From assembly GCF_016432865.1 (NCBI RefSeq), contig NC_067399.1, forward strand, positions 159,030,001 to 159,094,000: a DNA stretch of 64,000 nt, written 5' to 3'. The notes beneath the pieces were generated by a model. The model was not told the DNA's origin. It did not search any database and saw only the letters and a list, made by a program, of their open reading frames with translations. The stretch comes from Antechinus flavipes (lineage: Eukaryota). Made by a program: the position numbers and the translations under genes. Shown in pieces: positions 12,505-25,399 of the stretch (its first letter is position 1; every line of letters begins with the position of its first letter).

Positions 12505-12735
12505 TTGTAATTCAATCATTTTTCAGTCATGTCCAACTCTTTTGTTTTTGCAAAGATACTACATGGTTTGCTATTTCCTTCTATAAGTCATTTGACAGAT
12601 GAGAAAATTGAGGCAAACAGGGTTAAGTGACTTGCCCAAGGTCACATAGCCAGTAAGTATCTGAAACCAATATGAACAGAGATATCTCCCTGATCTCAGT
12701 TCTAGTACTCTTATCCACTGCACCCCCAGCTAACT
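12505..12735 (-). mobile_element. MAR1-type CORE-SINE
   Basis: cagtcatgtccaactct tail, gagaaaattgaggcaaacagggttaagtgacttgcccaaggtcac, atccactgcacc. Confidence 0.85.
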
Positions 12736-13774
12736 CTAGAAAGTGCCTGAAAGATTGAAACTCAGAGTGTGTCCAAGTCCACATTCTATCCATTGAGGAA
12801 AAAGTGACCCAGTACCACCTAATTCCCATAGGTGGTGGTTGTGAGGAAGGCTCACAGCAAACTTTAAAGAGTCTTATGCATGAGAATTATTATCATCATT
12901 AATACCCCTCGTATTCTTTATGTGTCTCTTCATAATAAAATTTCTGATATTGGAAGGCATGGACCTAGACCTTGTTTATGCCTTTGATCCTGTTGGGAAA
13001 AAATCCAGTCAATGCTATTTTTAGGGAAACCAGTAAATCACTAGCTATCTTAATGAATGGAACTGGTTCTTTTCACAATTCTACCCAATAATATTTGCAC
13101 AATGGTTTTAGTCTACCTCTATTGTGTCTCTTACATTTATCCTTATCCTTCTCTTCCTGCTGTCACCCTAATTCCTGCCCTTATTGCCTCTGACCTGAAC
13201 CATTTATTATTAGATTCAATGAACTTTCCTCCATTCTTCTATCTCTTCTCTCCTCAATTTACTATGCACTCAACTGCCTAAGCAATCCTTCAAATTCTGT
13301 ACATAATTCAGACACCATCACCATCCTATTTAAATATCTTTAGTAATTACCCATTCAATTCACCTATTATTTATTAATATTTATTAAGTCCCAACCAAGG
13401 GCATGGCATTGTGCTAGGTACTTAGAAAACAAAGATAAAATACACAAAAAGAAATTTACATGATAATTTTATTGTAATATTTAAAAGAAATAGCGAGTTA
13501 TATTTAATAGATTTGCAGTTTCATGTGCAATCATTTTTTATATTATGCTATTTAAAGGAAATGCTTGTTGTATTCTTTAAGTTATAAATAAAATTAATAA
13601 ACTTAAAAAAACCAGAAAAACAATAGAGGTCCTGTCACTAAGGGATTTATGGCTAATAATCCAATATCTCTCTTGTCTACATAGGATAAAATAGAAACTC
13701 TTATTGCCTAGCATAAAGGTTCTTTAAAATCTAATTCATCTCATTCACTTTTTATTTGATTTTATTTTACAAAT

Positions 13775-13911
13775 TTTATTTTCTGGAGGCAGTTGGGGTT
13801 AAGTGACTTGCCTAGGGTCACATAGCTAGTAAGTGTCTGAAATTGAATTTGAATTCAGGGCCTCCTGACTCTAGACCCATTACTCTAGCCACTGTGCCAC
13901 TTAGCTCCCCC
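13775..13911 (-). mobile_element. WSINE1-like short CORE-SINE
   Basis: gaggcagttggggttaagtgacttgcctagggtcac...ccactgtgccacttagctcccc. Confidence 0.8.
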
Positions 13912-13989
13912 CTTCCTACTCTATCTCCATATCTTTTCATGCATTTTATTTACCAGTCACAATAAACTACTAGTTAATGTCTAGCCTTA

Positions 13990-14090
13990 TCTCTGGACAG
14001 ACTTTGAAAGATAGGGAAGGACAGAAGGGCCTGGCATGCTATGGTGCATGGGGTCACAGAGTCAGAAATGACCAAACAACTGAACAGCAG
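13990..14090 (+). mobile_element. RTE-BovB-type 3' tail fragment
   Basis: gaagggcctggcatgctatggtgcatggggtcacagagtcagaaatgaccaaacaactgaac matches the BovB/Bov-A type tail. Confidence 0.7.
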
Positions 14091-14735
14091 AAATCTCATT
14101 CTGTCCTCGGCCTCAGCTCTAGCTGTAAAATATAAAAATATACTTTCTCCTCATCACAGACTAATCAGTTCCTTCTCTTCCTTCAAGGACTATTTCAGAT
14201 TTCAGATGTCACATCCTTCAGGAAACTTTTCCTTATCCATCCCGTAGCTCCTGCTCCTCTCAAAATGATCTCTCCTCAAGTCTTCTAAGGTTGCCCTCCG
14301 AGTGTTGTTTTTGCCTCGCATATATTCTATTTTGCACTATATTTACTTATGGGTCTATTGTCTCTTTATTAGATGGTAAGTTCTTTAAAGGCAAGGGCTA
14401 TGTCATGTTTTCATCTCTGTATCCTGGCACCTGCCAAAGTACCTAGCACATAATAAGTGCTTAATAAACATTTATAGAATTGTTGAATTGAACTGACTCT
14501 AATCATGGGATCATAAGGTCACCTTTAGAAAGTTTAGAAGGAACTTAGAGACCACTGAGTGCAACTTCTTAATTTTGTGGATGAGGAAACTGAGGCACCA
14601 AGAGTTTAAGTAGGTTGGAGAGGGAGAAAGGGAGGGAAGGAAAACAAGACAATGACACATAGAGAGAAGGAGGAGGAGTGTAAAGTAGCAACCGTGTATA
14701 CCAACTTGCTATAGATTCTTAAAATCCACCTGACA

Positions 14736-14879
14736 GGGGCAGCTAGGTGGTGCAGTGGATAGAGAACCAGCCCTGAAGTCAGGAGGAACTGAGTTTAAAT
14801 CTGGCCTCAGACATTTAACACTTCCTAGCTATTTGACCCTGGGCAAATCACTTATCCCTAATTGCCTCAGCAAAAACAA
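14736..14879 (+). mobile_element. Full-length WSINE1-like SINE with 15-bp target-site duplication
   Basis: ggggcagctaggtggtgcagtggatagag...aattgcctcagcaaaaac; flanks aaaatccacctgaca (14721-14735) and aaaatccaccagaca (14880-14894), 1 mismatch. Confidence 0.9.
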
Positions 14880-15069
14880 AAAATCCACCAGACAACATTC
14901 CCTATCACCTATCCACTTGGCTTTTTGTAAGGAAGGCACTATCAGTGTCAGTAATGTATGAGGAGGGATTGGACTAGATAGTCACTGAGGTTCCTGAGAC
15001 TTACAAATTCTGTAAGAGCTACACACATCTGGACCCACATAGGATGGGGAAGCCCTTTCCATTAAAACT

Positions 15070-15700
15070 ATAAAACAGACAAAACCATTCAAGGGTCTTT
15101 GCTCCCAAGGAGCTTACATTCTAGTAGGAAGGGCTGCAAGATCATTTGAAGGGGAAGAAGAGAACATTAACAACCAAGGAGATTAGGAAAGCACAGGAGT
15201 TGAGTCTTGCAGAAAGTTAAGGATTCTGAGAGGTAGAAGTAAGGAATAAGGATATTATAGACACAGAGGACAATATATTAAAATAGAGGTGTTTTGGAAT
15301 CAACCAGTAGGTTAGTTTGGCTGGAAGATAAAATGCATGAAGGAGAACAATATGCAATAATCCAATAATAGAAAATGATGTCAGATTATAAAGGACTTTA
15401 ATGTCAAGCAAAAGATCTTATATTTTATTCTAGAGAAAATGGAGAGCCACTGAAAGTTATTGAGCAGGAAATATGCTTTAGAAAATTATTTTGGAAGTTG
15501 GATTGCAGAGGAAAGGGATTAAAAGCAGAAATCCAATTAGAAAACTCTTGGAATAGTATGGGTGAGAGGTGATGAGGGACTGATACGGTCTGGTGGCAGT
15601 ATGAATGGTAAGAAGGGGGAAAAGGGGATGGATATTGTATAATTACCAATCATCTAGGTTGATAGAGAAATAAAAAGATAAAGTCAAAATCATTCCCTCA
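15070..15700 (-). mobile_element. L2 fragment
   Basis: aaggagcttacattctagt...gagagccactgaaagttattgagcagg, reverse L2. Confidence 0.75.
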
Positions 15701-16483
15701 TACCTCTAAGTAAATAGCCCAACCTGAAAACACGACATGTTAGACCAAAAATTAAAGGCATCTGTTCTCCAAGTATGGGATGAGCATAGAGAGAGAAAAG
15801 TGATAAGAACAGATTCAGAGGGAAAAAAAGAGAGGCAAAATGCTGCCTCCCCTTCTGCCCCTCCACTTGCCTCATGCATCAAATACTATTAACATAGGTT
15901 CTAAATCCTGTCTTCAAAGTCTGTGATCCTATAGAACTTATCTGCCCTCCATTCTAAATAATTACATGTCCAATGCACCTCACCTTTCTTCTGAGTTTCA
16001 CTGACATGCTATCTCCGTGAAGCCCAGGCTGAAAGTGAAAGATTTATTTTGAGGAAATGCTCCCTGCTTTAAGGGTGACATAACTTTAAATCAGATGACG
16101 ATCTCATAATCAGCAACACTGAAGATGCTTTTTATGGGCTAGCCTGAAATAAAGATGGAGCAAATGCACTTTCTGCTTTCCTATTAGTGGAGATTTATAA
16201 CCCTTTCTCATGAACTGTATATAGATTCTGCTGGCCAGGGGCATTATTTATTTAGAAGATTAGCACTGCTTCTAAGACAGCTCTCAATGAACCTCAAGAC
16301 TAGGAAAAAGTCACTACATACAGAGATCTGTCCTAATTCTTGTCCACTCCCCATTCACACAAATATAATAGATATCAAAGAGAAAATTCAGATTTTCTGA
16401 ATTTAAGTAAAATTGAGATGAATCGTTTTCTACTTTCCAAAGGCAAAATTACTGCTAACATAACTGCATTTAGTTGTATTATC

Positions 16484-16521
<38 letters not shown>

Positions 16522-16559
16522 TGTATGTATAAATAATCATTAAAAGGAGAAAGGGGGTG

Positions 16560-17060
16560 GATTTCAATTCATCAAACTGTTTTTAAGCCCACTATGTGCT
16601 GGCAGCTATAAATACAAAATGACAAAAATGAATCATTTCCTTCCTGTAAGGAACTTGCTTTCTCCTGGGAGTGGGGAGATAAGGTAGGAGGACCAACATG
16701 TACAGAAATGAATGCATACAAAATAAACACAACATCATTTTAGAGGTAGTAAAAGTGAGAAAAAATAAATAATTATGGGAATAAGTAAAGACCCTTTGGA
16801 GAGGTTGCTGTCAAGTCAAGAATAGAAGGGAGCAAAGGTTTTCAAGAAGTGAGGGGTGAGAGCATTCTACAGTGGCCAGCCTATATAAAGAAAATTTCTC
16901 ATATGGCCAATAGTAAGTAGGCAGTTTGACAGGAACATATGTGAGGGGGAGTAATGGGTAATCAGCCTAGAAGAATGAGTTCGAGCCAAATTATGAAAAG
17001 CAAACAAAGGAATTCATAGAGACAACAGGAAACCATTAAAGCCAGAGATAGTGCTTAGAC
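16560..17060 (-). mobile_element. L2 fragment
   Basis: ttaagcccactatgtgc...aaggaacttgctttc...ggcagtttgacagga reverse L2 pattern. Confidence 0.6.
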
Positions 17061-17208
17061 ATCAATGAACCAATTCAATGAATTCAAAATCTAGCAAGTA
17101 CTTATTTCAAATAAAGTACTATGTTAAGCCTTAAAAATAAAAAGATAGAAAATACACAATCATTGCTCTCAAGGAGTTTAGCAATTAATTGGGGGGAGAG
17201 ATTTGTAG

Positions 17209-17243
17209 ACACACAGACACAGACACACACACAGACACACACA

Positions 17244-17289
<46 letters not shown>
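17209..17289. repeat. Interrupted (CA)n/(CACAGA)n microsatellite; (TG)n also at ~16486-16525
   Basis: Direct reading. Confidence 0.95.
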
Positions 17290-17291
<2 letters not shown>

Positions 17292-17474
17292 GTCACTCCA
17301 GAGGATTGTAAACTCCCTGAATGCAGGGCTTGCCTAATTAACCTCTTTGTATCCTTAGTGCTTGCCATGATACCCTATTATGGATGCTTAAGAAATATCT
17401 GTTGTATTGAACTAATTTTTTTTTACTGATATTTATAAACCCTTTTAAAGCTTGCAAACAGCTTTCCATGCACT

Positions 17475-17608
17475 CTTTTTTAATATAGTTTTTTATTTAC
17501 AAGTTATATGCATGGGTAATTTTTCAGCATTAACAATTGCCAAACCTTTTGTTCCAATTTTTCCCCTCTTTCCCCTCATCCTCTCCCCCAGATGGCAGAT
17601 TGACCATT
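17475..17608 (-). mobile_element. Young L1 3' end, short truncated copy; sister copy at ~43890-44075
   Basis: Both copies read tttatttacaag.tatatgcatgggtaatttttcagcattaacaa...cccagatggcag. Confidence 0.75.
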
Positions 17609-18149
17609 GTATTGAACTATTAGAATATAAAGTAAGATGCTATAAGTGCAAAGAGACATTTACAATCCAATGAAAATTTGGAGATATGTGAGATTAAGAA
17701 AGCTTCATAGTAGAAGTGACCTATGAGATGAGCCCTGAGAAGAAAGGACAAGTTCCACAGTGAAGAAGTCTATTTAAAGAGTGGGAGAAAGCCTGAGCAA
17801 AGTCTACGGAGACAGGAATCACTAAGACCAAGAAGGTTGATATATGAGCCCAATTGGTATAAGTTTTCCATGCCTCCTTTTTGCTGCTTTCCCTATCTAC
17901 AGCCATTTCATTTTTTCATCGGAGAAGCATAAGGATTATGAACAGCTGGCTCTTCCATTTGCTTTTTTTTTTCAAAGAGGATTTAGTTGAAAGAGTTGAT
18001 GCTTCTACAACTTCTCCTTCTAAGCCTCCAGTAGATCAAGACTTTAACCACTGAGGGGAAACTAATAAAGGAAAAAATATTCTTGTATTTCTTTTTCAAA
18101 TTCAAGGTTGTGAGAGAAGAGAGCCATTTAAATAAGTTAAATACAGACA

Positions 18150-18340
18150 AGTGCAAACCAATGAGAACAAAGGGAAAATTATCTTCTTGTTCTTGGAACT
18201 CATTCTTCTCTTAATGCAGCCCAATATTGCCCTAATTTTCTTAGTTACCATATTATATTGTTGATTCCTATTTAGTTTAAAATTCATGACAATCTTCAAT
18301 TTCCACCTCTCTCCCTTAAACATGCATAGACCTCCCCAAT
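18150..18340 (-). mobile_element. L3/CR1 RT C-terminal fragment
   Basis: Minus translation FKLNRNQQYNMVTKKIRAILGCIKRRMSSKNKKIIFPLFSLV matches the CR1 motif KLNMSQQC..AAKKANAILGCI.R...SR..EVI.PLYSALV. Confidence 0.85.
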
Positions 18341-18371
18341 CAACTTCTATTGTGTTTCGTACTTTGAAATG

Positions 18372-18402
<31 letters not shown>

Positions 18403-18771
18403 GTATATGTATATATTCTAATGTCTATCTTATTAATTGATACTCTTTATATAAATGATATGCTTGATATATTTGAAAGGACTTGGTATTTAACTTGTGT
18501 ATATTTTTGTATATAATCACTAGTAGATGTTGTTCTCCTGACAGAGTAGAAGTTCTTTGATGGCAACAAGATAAATAAAATTAAATTTAAAATTAAATTA
18601 AAGATAAATTCCCAGTCTAGTATAGTTACATTCTATTTATCCTCCTCTGAAATATGACACCTCATCTAGAAATAGGTGAACTCTTTAAATAACTACTATA
18701 ATATTCCTAAGCCAGAGCAATATCCTTTACAAGCAGTGAATCCCTCCAAGTCTTCTTACTCTAGTGAGTCT

Positions 18772-18776
<5 letters not shown>

Positions 18777-18840
<64 letters not shown>
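18777..18840. repeat. (TA)n microsatellite
   Basis: Direct reading. Confidence 0.97.
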
Positions 18841-18844
<4 letters not shown>

Positions 18845-19013
18845 AGTGAACTCGTGAAAAGGCTGTTTAATTAATTTCCTAGACAAATAAAGTTATAAGC
18901 AGCAAGCTAGGAGAGGCAAGGGTAAGTGAAATCTAGAGAGGCACTAAGAAAAAGGCATGACAGTAGCATAAACAACATCTGTTAAAATTGATAAAAGTGG
19001 AGAAATATAGACA

Positions 19014-19228
19014 GGACTCATTGGAATAGACTATGATGTTGGGAAAGATTGAAGAAAAAAAGAGAAGGGGATATCAAAGGATGAGATGGATCTATATACT
19101 ATATAGTGTCATAGAAGCAAAAACCATGAACTTAGGCAATTATTGAGAAATAGTGGAGGACAGAAGAACCAGGTATACTTTGATCCATGGAGTCACAAAG
19201 ACTTCGACAGAACTGAACAATAACAAAT
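19014..19228 (+). mobile_element. RTE-BovB-type 3' fragment
   Basis: gactcattggaatagactatgatgttgggaaagattgaag...gaggatgagatgg...tccatggagtcacaaagacttcgacagaactgaac follows the BovB 3' end. Confidence 0.8.
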
Positions 19229-21479
19229 TCTCTTTTAGCCTCCAGAGAGATGTTCACATCTTTCCTTCTCACCTCTATTTGATGGGAGCTCTAGTTTCCT
19301 TGAAGTCAGTTTCAACATCATCTCCACTGGGTTCTTTTTGATACCCAAGTTTTTAAGGCTGGCTCCTTTTAACAATCATACTGTCTTATCTATATTGTGT
19401 AACTCCAGAGGACTGTAAACTCCCTGAGTGCAGGACTTGCTTAATTAATCTCTTTATATCCTCAGTGCTTGCCACGATGCCTATAATAGATGCTTGAGAA
19501 GTGCCTGTTGTATTGAACCAAATTGAAAAATATAAAGGACAATAGTTTATATGTAGGTGACATTTGATGGCTACGGAGTACTTATTTCACATGTATTACC
19601 TCATGAGATGGTTGTAAGTTGTAGAGACTGGTACATCCCCATAAATAAAGTTCAAAATTTTTCTTTGGATTATCATATTCAAAAATTATGTGGAATTTGC
19701 ATATTTTAATAAATCACAGCCCATCCTTTGTTTTCTCAGAGAGGAAAGTGTATTTTCCCCACCTAATTTACTTTGCAAACAAAAGCACCATCTTTCTTCC
19801 TTACATACTGTTTTCATTCCCTCCTCTTATCCAAAAAGAAAATTTTTTTAAAAAGATAATTTCAATAGAGTATGGGTCAGGGGTGGGGATATCTGTCGGT
19901 GGACAAACTTCCAAATTGAAAAGTCATTTGTCAAATTTAAACCCATGGTGTAATTTCACAGCCAAGTCATAAATACATGGAAAACGGCCCTCGCATGAAG
20001 CTGCTGACAGCCCTGGGCTGTGGCGATGGCAGCATGACTGGAGTGTTTCAGACAGCGTGCACACAAACATTGCACAACATGAGGAAGAGGCCCCGCATTG
20101 GAATTGTAACTGTATTCCAAGTATTACATTGTTCCATCAACCTTTGAGACAGTTGAGCCCTTTACAATGTTAGCTTCTTCCTTTATAGAGACATAATTAA
20201 AGCCATTGCTCCATGATGGAAGACAAAAGGCATAATATCCCATAGGTGCTAATGCACAGGCCATACAATGATGACTAGGGAGAGAGTTAGGGAGAAGAGA
20301 GAAATGAGTTGGCTCCAAATCCTAAAGAATAAGAAAAAGGCACTTTGTGTTTTAGCCTAAGGAATCTCAGAAGGGATTAGAAAGGAAGAGAAGTGGGGAA
20401 GGCAGCATCATATAATGGAAAGCATGGTAGTTCCCAAGCAGAGAACCTGAGATCAAAAGCTACCTCAAGAGATCAGCCTCCCATTGAATCTTGGATAAGT
20501 CACTTAACACTTTCCTCATCTAGAAAGTGAGCAGGTCTGACCAGATAGTCTCTGAGGTTCCTTGCAGCTAATACCAATGATCCTATGATTTATAGACCCA
20601 TTCCAAGTACCCTAATTTCTCTGAGCTTCAGCTTTCTCACCTACAAAATCCAGTAATTTTAAATGACCCCTAAAGGGTCCCTCCCAGCTCTAGAGCTATA
20701 ATCATTCTAAGAGTGCTTAATCTTCACCAAAATTTACAAGGTATTAGAGACATTAGGAAGATATATAATTAGTTCAAGTTGATCTATAACATTCTTGCTA
20801 GCTCTTATTTTTAGAAGTTCACTCTTCCCATTATATGAGGCATCTGGACTGTCTTAAGTTAGTGTTTTTAAAGATACATGTATGTCAACAGAAAATTTTA
20901 TTTTTAATGATATAACTCTAAACCCCATACTGAGATTTCTTTTTGGACAGTAGCAATTTTTTTTAAAAAAAAAGGATGTGTGTAATGGGCTGAAGCTGAG
21001 CAGATGCACTGAGGTCCTGTCTGAGCACTTATGGCTAATTACCAATTGGACAATATTCTATTAATATATGCTTGGAGAAAGAGTGGCCCCGCCCACTCTC
21101 TGTGCAAGTTTGATGTGTTGTATAGGAGATTGGGTAGAGGATTTGGTGGGTGGAGTGCGAGAGGCAGAGGCACTGCTGGCCGGATTCCTGTGGCGATTGC
21201 TCTCACTTCCCATCATTCTCATTCATCTCCACAAAGAATAAAGATCAAGGACTTTCATTAATCCTGACTCTGGCTGATTTTAAAATACCCTGGGTGCTAA
21301 ACACAGTCATCACAGATGTGGGAATCACACAGCATGATCAAATATGTTTTTAGCCTGTGCTTTATCTGAACAGAAGGCCTTGTTTGCCCTCCCTAAATGT
21401 TTGCCAAGGAGGTAATACATCTTTCCTCATTAATGCATTTCCTTTAACCCCCAATCAAATAGAGGAACCAGGTTTAGAG

Positions 21480-22260
21480 AAAAAAAATTCAGAGAATTGT
21501 ACAGATGGAAGGGATTTCAGTGGCCATATAGTCCAATATGTATTTGAAGAAGAATTCCCATCATAATATACTTCACAAGTGGTCATTCAGTCTCTCCTAT
21601 AAATGTTTGTAAGATAAAAATAAAACATTTCAATAAAACTTTTTTCCCTAAGAAATACTCTGAGGAGGAATTCTCTACTACCATTTCACTGTTAGAAAGT
21701 TTTGCCTAAAGGTCTTGATATCAAGTTTCAATTGGATTTTTTCAATTTTTACCTTTTTCTTGTAATTCTACTTCATGATACCAAACTGAATGAGTCTAAT
21801 ACTTCTTACACAAGACAGCTTTTCAAATACTTGAAAAACCATTGTGTCCCCCTTAAATACTCTGAGAGCCTTCAAACATTCCTTATAAGAAGTGGACACA
21901 AGGCCTTTCACCAAATTTCTCCTGGATGCTCTCCAGTTTGCCAATGTCCTTCCCTAAATCTTGTGGCCAGATGGTCTGACCAGAGATGACAATAATGGAG
22001 CAAATGTTTAGCACAATGATTGGTACATATTAGGCACTTAAAATGTTTATTGAATTAAAGTGAACTATCAACTCTTTATTTCTGGAAACTCCAATTTTCT
22101 TAAGGTAGTTGATGTCAAATAAGTCTTGTTAAATGCCATAACATTTTATTTTTTTATATGGAGCTCACAATCCACTAAGACCTCCAATCTTTATCAAACA
22201 AACCCCTTTAACTGCCTTCATCTTTAATTTGAAAGTTGATTTTTTTCCCAAGTATGATTA
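21480..22260 (-). mobile_element. L3/CR1 3' region, fragmented
   Basis: Reverse complement gives aggacattggcaaactggagagcatccag (DIGKLESIQ), plus CR1 3' end near 21490-21600. Confidence 0.65.
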
Positions 22261-23324
22261 TGATACCAGGCCTTTCATGCCTAATTGAGTTCTAAAATTT
22301 TAAATTAATTAAGCAACAAAAATAATAAAACAATCTCAATGGAAACCTTCTTCTGCTGCTATTTCATGGCAGGGATGTGACCTTGAGTCATAAAGGCTAG
22401 GGGAATAGATTATAATTTCTAACAATTTCTACAAATCTAAACTACAAGTTTAAATAGGGAATTTGGTCTAGATTCTTATCCAAGGACCTACCTTCTCAGT
22501 ACTTGGAGACTCATCAAGTTGACCACACACTGATTAAAATTTTTTATTGTATTTACTCAGTATCTTTTAATGGGACACAAAAGAGCTGTGATCTCTATTG
22601 GCAATAATAAATTCTTGAAATTTTGAAGACATAATTTAAAAATACTTTATAATATAACCCCCTTTCTAATGCCCCAAACAACCAAATTTATTCCCATTTT
22701 CTTGTATTTATCCATGAGTCTGTCAGTCAGCAGCATTTATTAATCATGCCTTGTGTGCTGAGTACTTTTCATATTATAGGGAAGTTTTAAGGAAATCTTA
22801 TCCATGTCTAATAAAGTTTAAAACCAGTATTCTTCTATCTTGGGAAAAATGTAAAAGTGTTATTATTGCCACTTTACAAATGTACATATTGAAAGGCAGT
22901 GGTGCATAGAAAGAGATAAGGCAGGAGACCCTTGTTCAAATTTCTCCTCTCATATTTACTAGTTTTATGACAATGAGAAGTGATTTCATTTTGTAGTGTC
23001 TCAAATGCTTCCCTACAAGTCTAAATGATAAGACAGATGTAGATCTGCAATACCAGAAAATTTTTAAAATTCACTCTTTGTTTCTTAATTCAATGAAATC
23101 ACAGATTTGAATCAAAATAAAAACAAAAAATACTCAGTCACTGTGAGGTTAAATGATTTACCTAAAGTCACAGAGATAATGTTATAGAATTTGAGAATTC
23201 AGAAAAATCTTCATCATCTAGCCAGATCATGGTGTGGTAGGAATTGCACAGTACAAGGCAATGAGAGAGCTAGTTTCTAGTCCTCATAAAGAGTCTAATT
23301 TGCCAGGGTAGTTTATAATTTAGG

Positions 23325-23550
23325 GCAGGTGGGTAGTACAGTGGATAGGATTTCAGACTCCTGAATCCAAATTGGCCTCACACTTATTAGATATGTGAAC
23401 CTGAGAGATTCACTTAACAATGTTTGCCCCATCTGTAAAATGAACTGAAGAAATAAATGACAAAATACTCTGGTGTCTTTGCCAAGAAAATCCCCAAAAG
23501 AGATCACAAATAATCAAGCATGACTGAAAATGACTCAACAATAACAACAA
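23325..23550 (+). mobile_element. MAR1-type CORE-SINE
   Basis: acagtggatagg head, CORE, tail tctttgccaagaaaatccccaa...catgactgaaaatgactcaac. Confidence 0.8.
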
Positions 23551-25399
23551 TCTATAATTTCCCGGGCCTTAGTTTACTCATCTTCAAAATGGGATGATTG
23601 GAATAATTGCTATAGTCCATTTCAGGAGACTCTAAAAATTATGATCCCTCTTCCCTTAGATTTTCTCTTTCCCCAAGATCAGGCTTTAATAATTGTGGTG
23701 TTGTTACTTGCAAGAACAAATGAGATTCTGGAAAGTAACAATGTTTGAGTCAACACAAATACAGAAAGAAAATCCCCAGGACCAGAAAAAATAGCCCTGA
23801 AAGTTCCTTCTTGAGCTCAAGCCATTAAAAAGATCTCTGGGGTGTTTCCCATTTAGTTGGTTATTCTAAAGGAGACATTATCCCACAAACTTTTTTAAAG
23901 CCTCAGCTATATTTACTAATGCCCTAATTATGGTGTGCATCTCCCACAGTTTTTACAAGCATCCCTTATCATGCTATTTACCACAAGCAGACATTTCTGC
24001 TTTTATGGTCCAGGAAGGGTGTGAAGAAAAGAAAGATGAATGGAGGAAAGGAGATAACTAGAAACTTAGCTGTCTGTAACATCTGCCTCACATAAATTGC
24101 ATCAGGGAAATAAGAGTCTATTGGGTCCCCAAGCTTCACAGGGGCTCAGGCCCCCACCAGAGTTACAGAAGAGTTCAGAAAGGCAGTCAACCCTCACCAA
24201 TAACTAGTCACAGAAGAGACAGAAAGGCAGCCAACTCTCACCAACACATGCTCAGTGGTGAAAAGCAAGGCTTGGGTCATACCTAACATGGTATCATCCA
24301 GCTGGCTTTTTGAATGGAAATAGAACCCACAAATTCAATCTTCTTCCCCACCCCCAGTCTGGCCCTGACAGACAAGGGACCAAACTCTGCAATAAGATTG
24401 AATTGATCTTAAATTAATGCAGATAGCCTACTTCTCTTACATGGAGTTTCTTGTGATTATTATTATAATAGTTGACATATATATATATATGTATATAGTG
24501 CTTTAAATTTAAAAAGTAATATATATACATGCTTGTTATATCATATGTAACATATGATATATATAGCTCATATATTATCCACATTAATATCATAATAATT
24601 ATGTATAATATATTATCTAATATATATTGTTATATATTTGTGTATATATTTATTAATAGCAATCACATATAGTTTTTAAGACTTGCAAATCACTTTTCAA
24701 ATAATATCTCATTCTATCTTCACAATAATTCTGAGGAATAAGACTTAACATAATCCTCTGTATTATCATCTGTGTTATATACACATAAGGAAATTGAGGA
24801 AGAAGTTAAATGACTTGCTCAGGATCACAAAGATAGTAATTATCTGAGAGTAGATTTGAACATGGGTCTTTCTGACTTGAAGTCAATGCTCTATCCACTG
24901 AATTATTTAACTGACTTTATGTTATTTGATCTTTATGGCAACCAGTGAGATAGGTACTACTGCTCTTATCCCCATTTTATATATAAAGAAATTTCATATA
25001 TTGAAGAAATCTATATATAAAGAAATTGAGATTATGTGAAATAAGCTATTTGCCCATCATTTCCATAACCAATAACAAACCCTAATCTCTCTTGACTACA
25101 CATTCTATATTTTATATTATTTTTATACTATACTATGCTATATTTTCAGAATGGATTTCTAAACACTGCAAATACAGAAGCTCATTATTACTTGGAACAT
25201 TTTGTACATGAATGCAGATATATTCTAGGTTGGATAATTTCCCTGAAACACAACTATAAACAATAGAAGGTACTAAGTCATGTTACAAAAGCAGTTGTAT
25301 AAGTGTTATATTTTTAATGCTTATCTTGCCTATATGCCTAGCAGACATGATTTAGTTGTCACTACCCTATATGCCTTGCTCTTCAAGCCTAATAGTTAT

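Larger units (their letters stand above)
13095..14490 (+). mobile_element. Fragmented L2 (ORF2 3' part to tail) with several younger inserts
   Basis: Pyrimidine-rich L2 blocks at ~13100-13350, 13660-13740, 13910-13980, 14120-14490 ending acataataagtgcttaataaacat. Confidence 0.6.
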
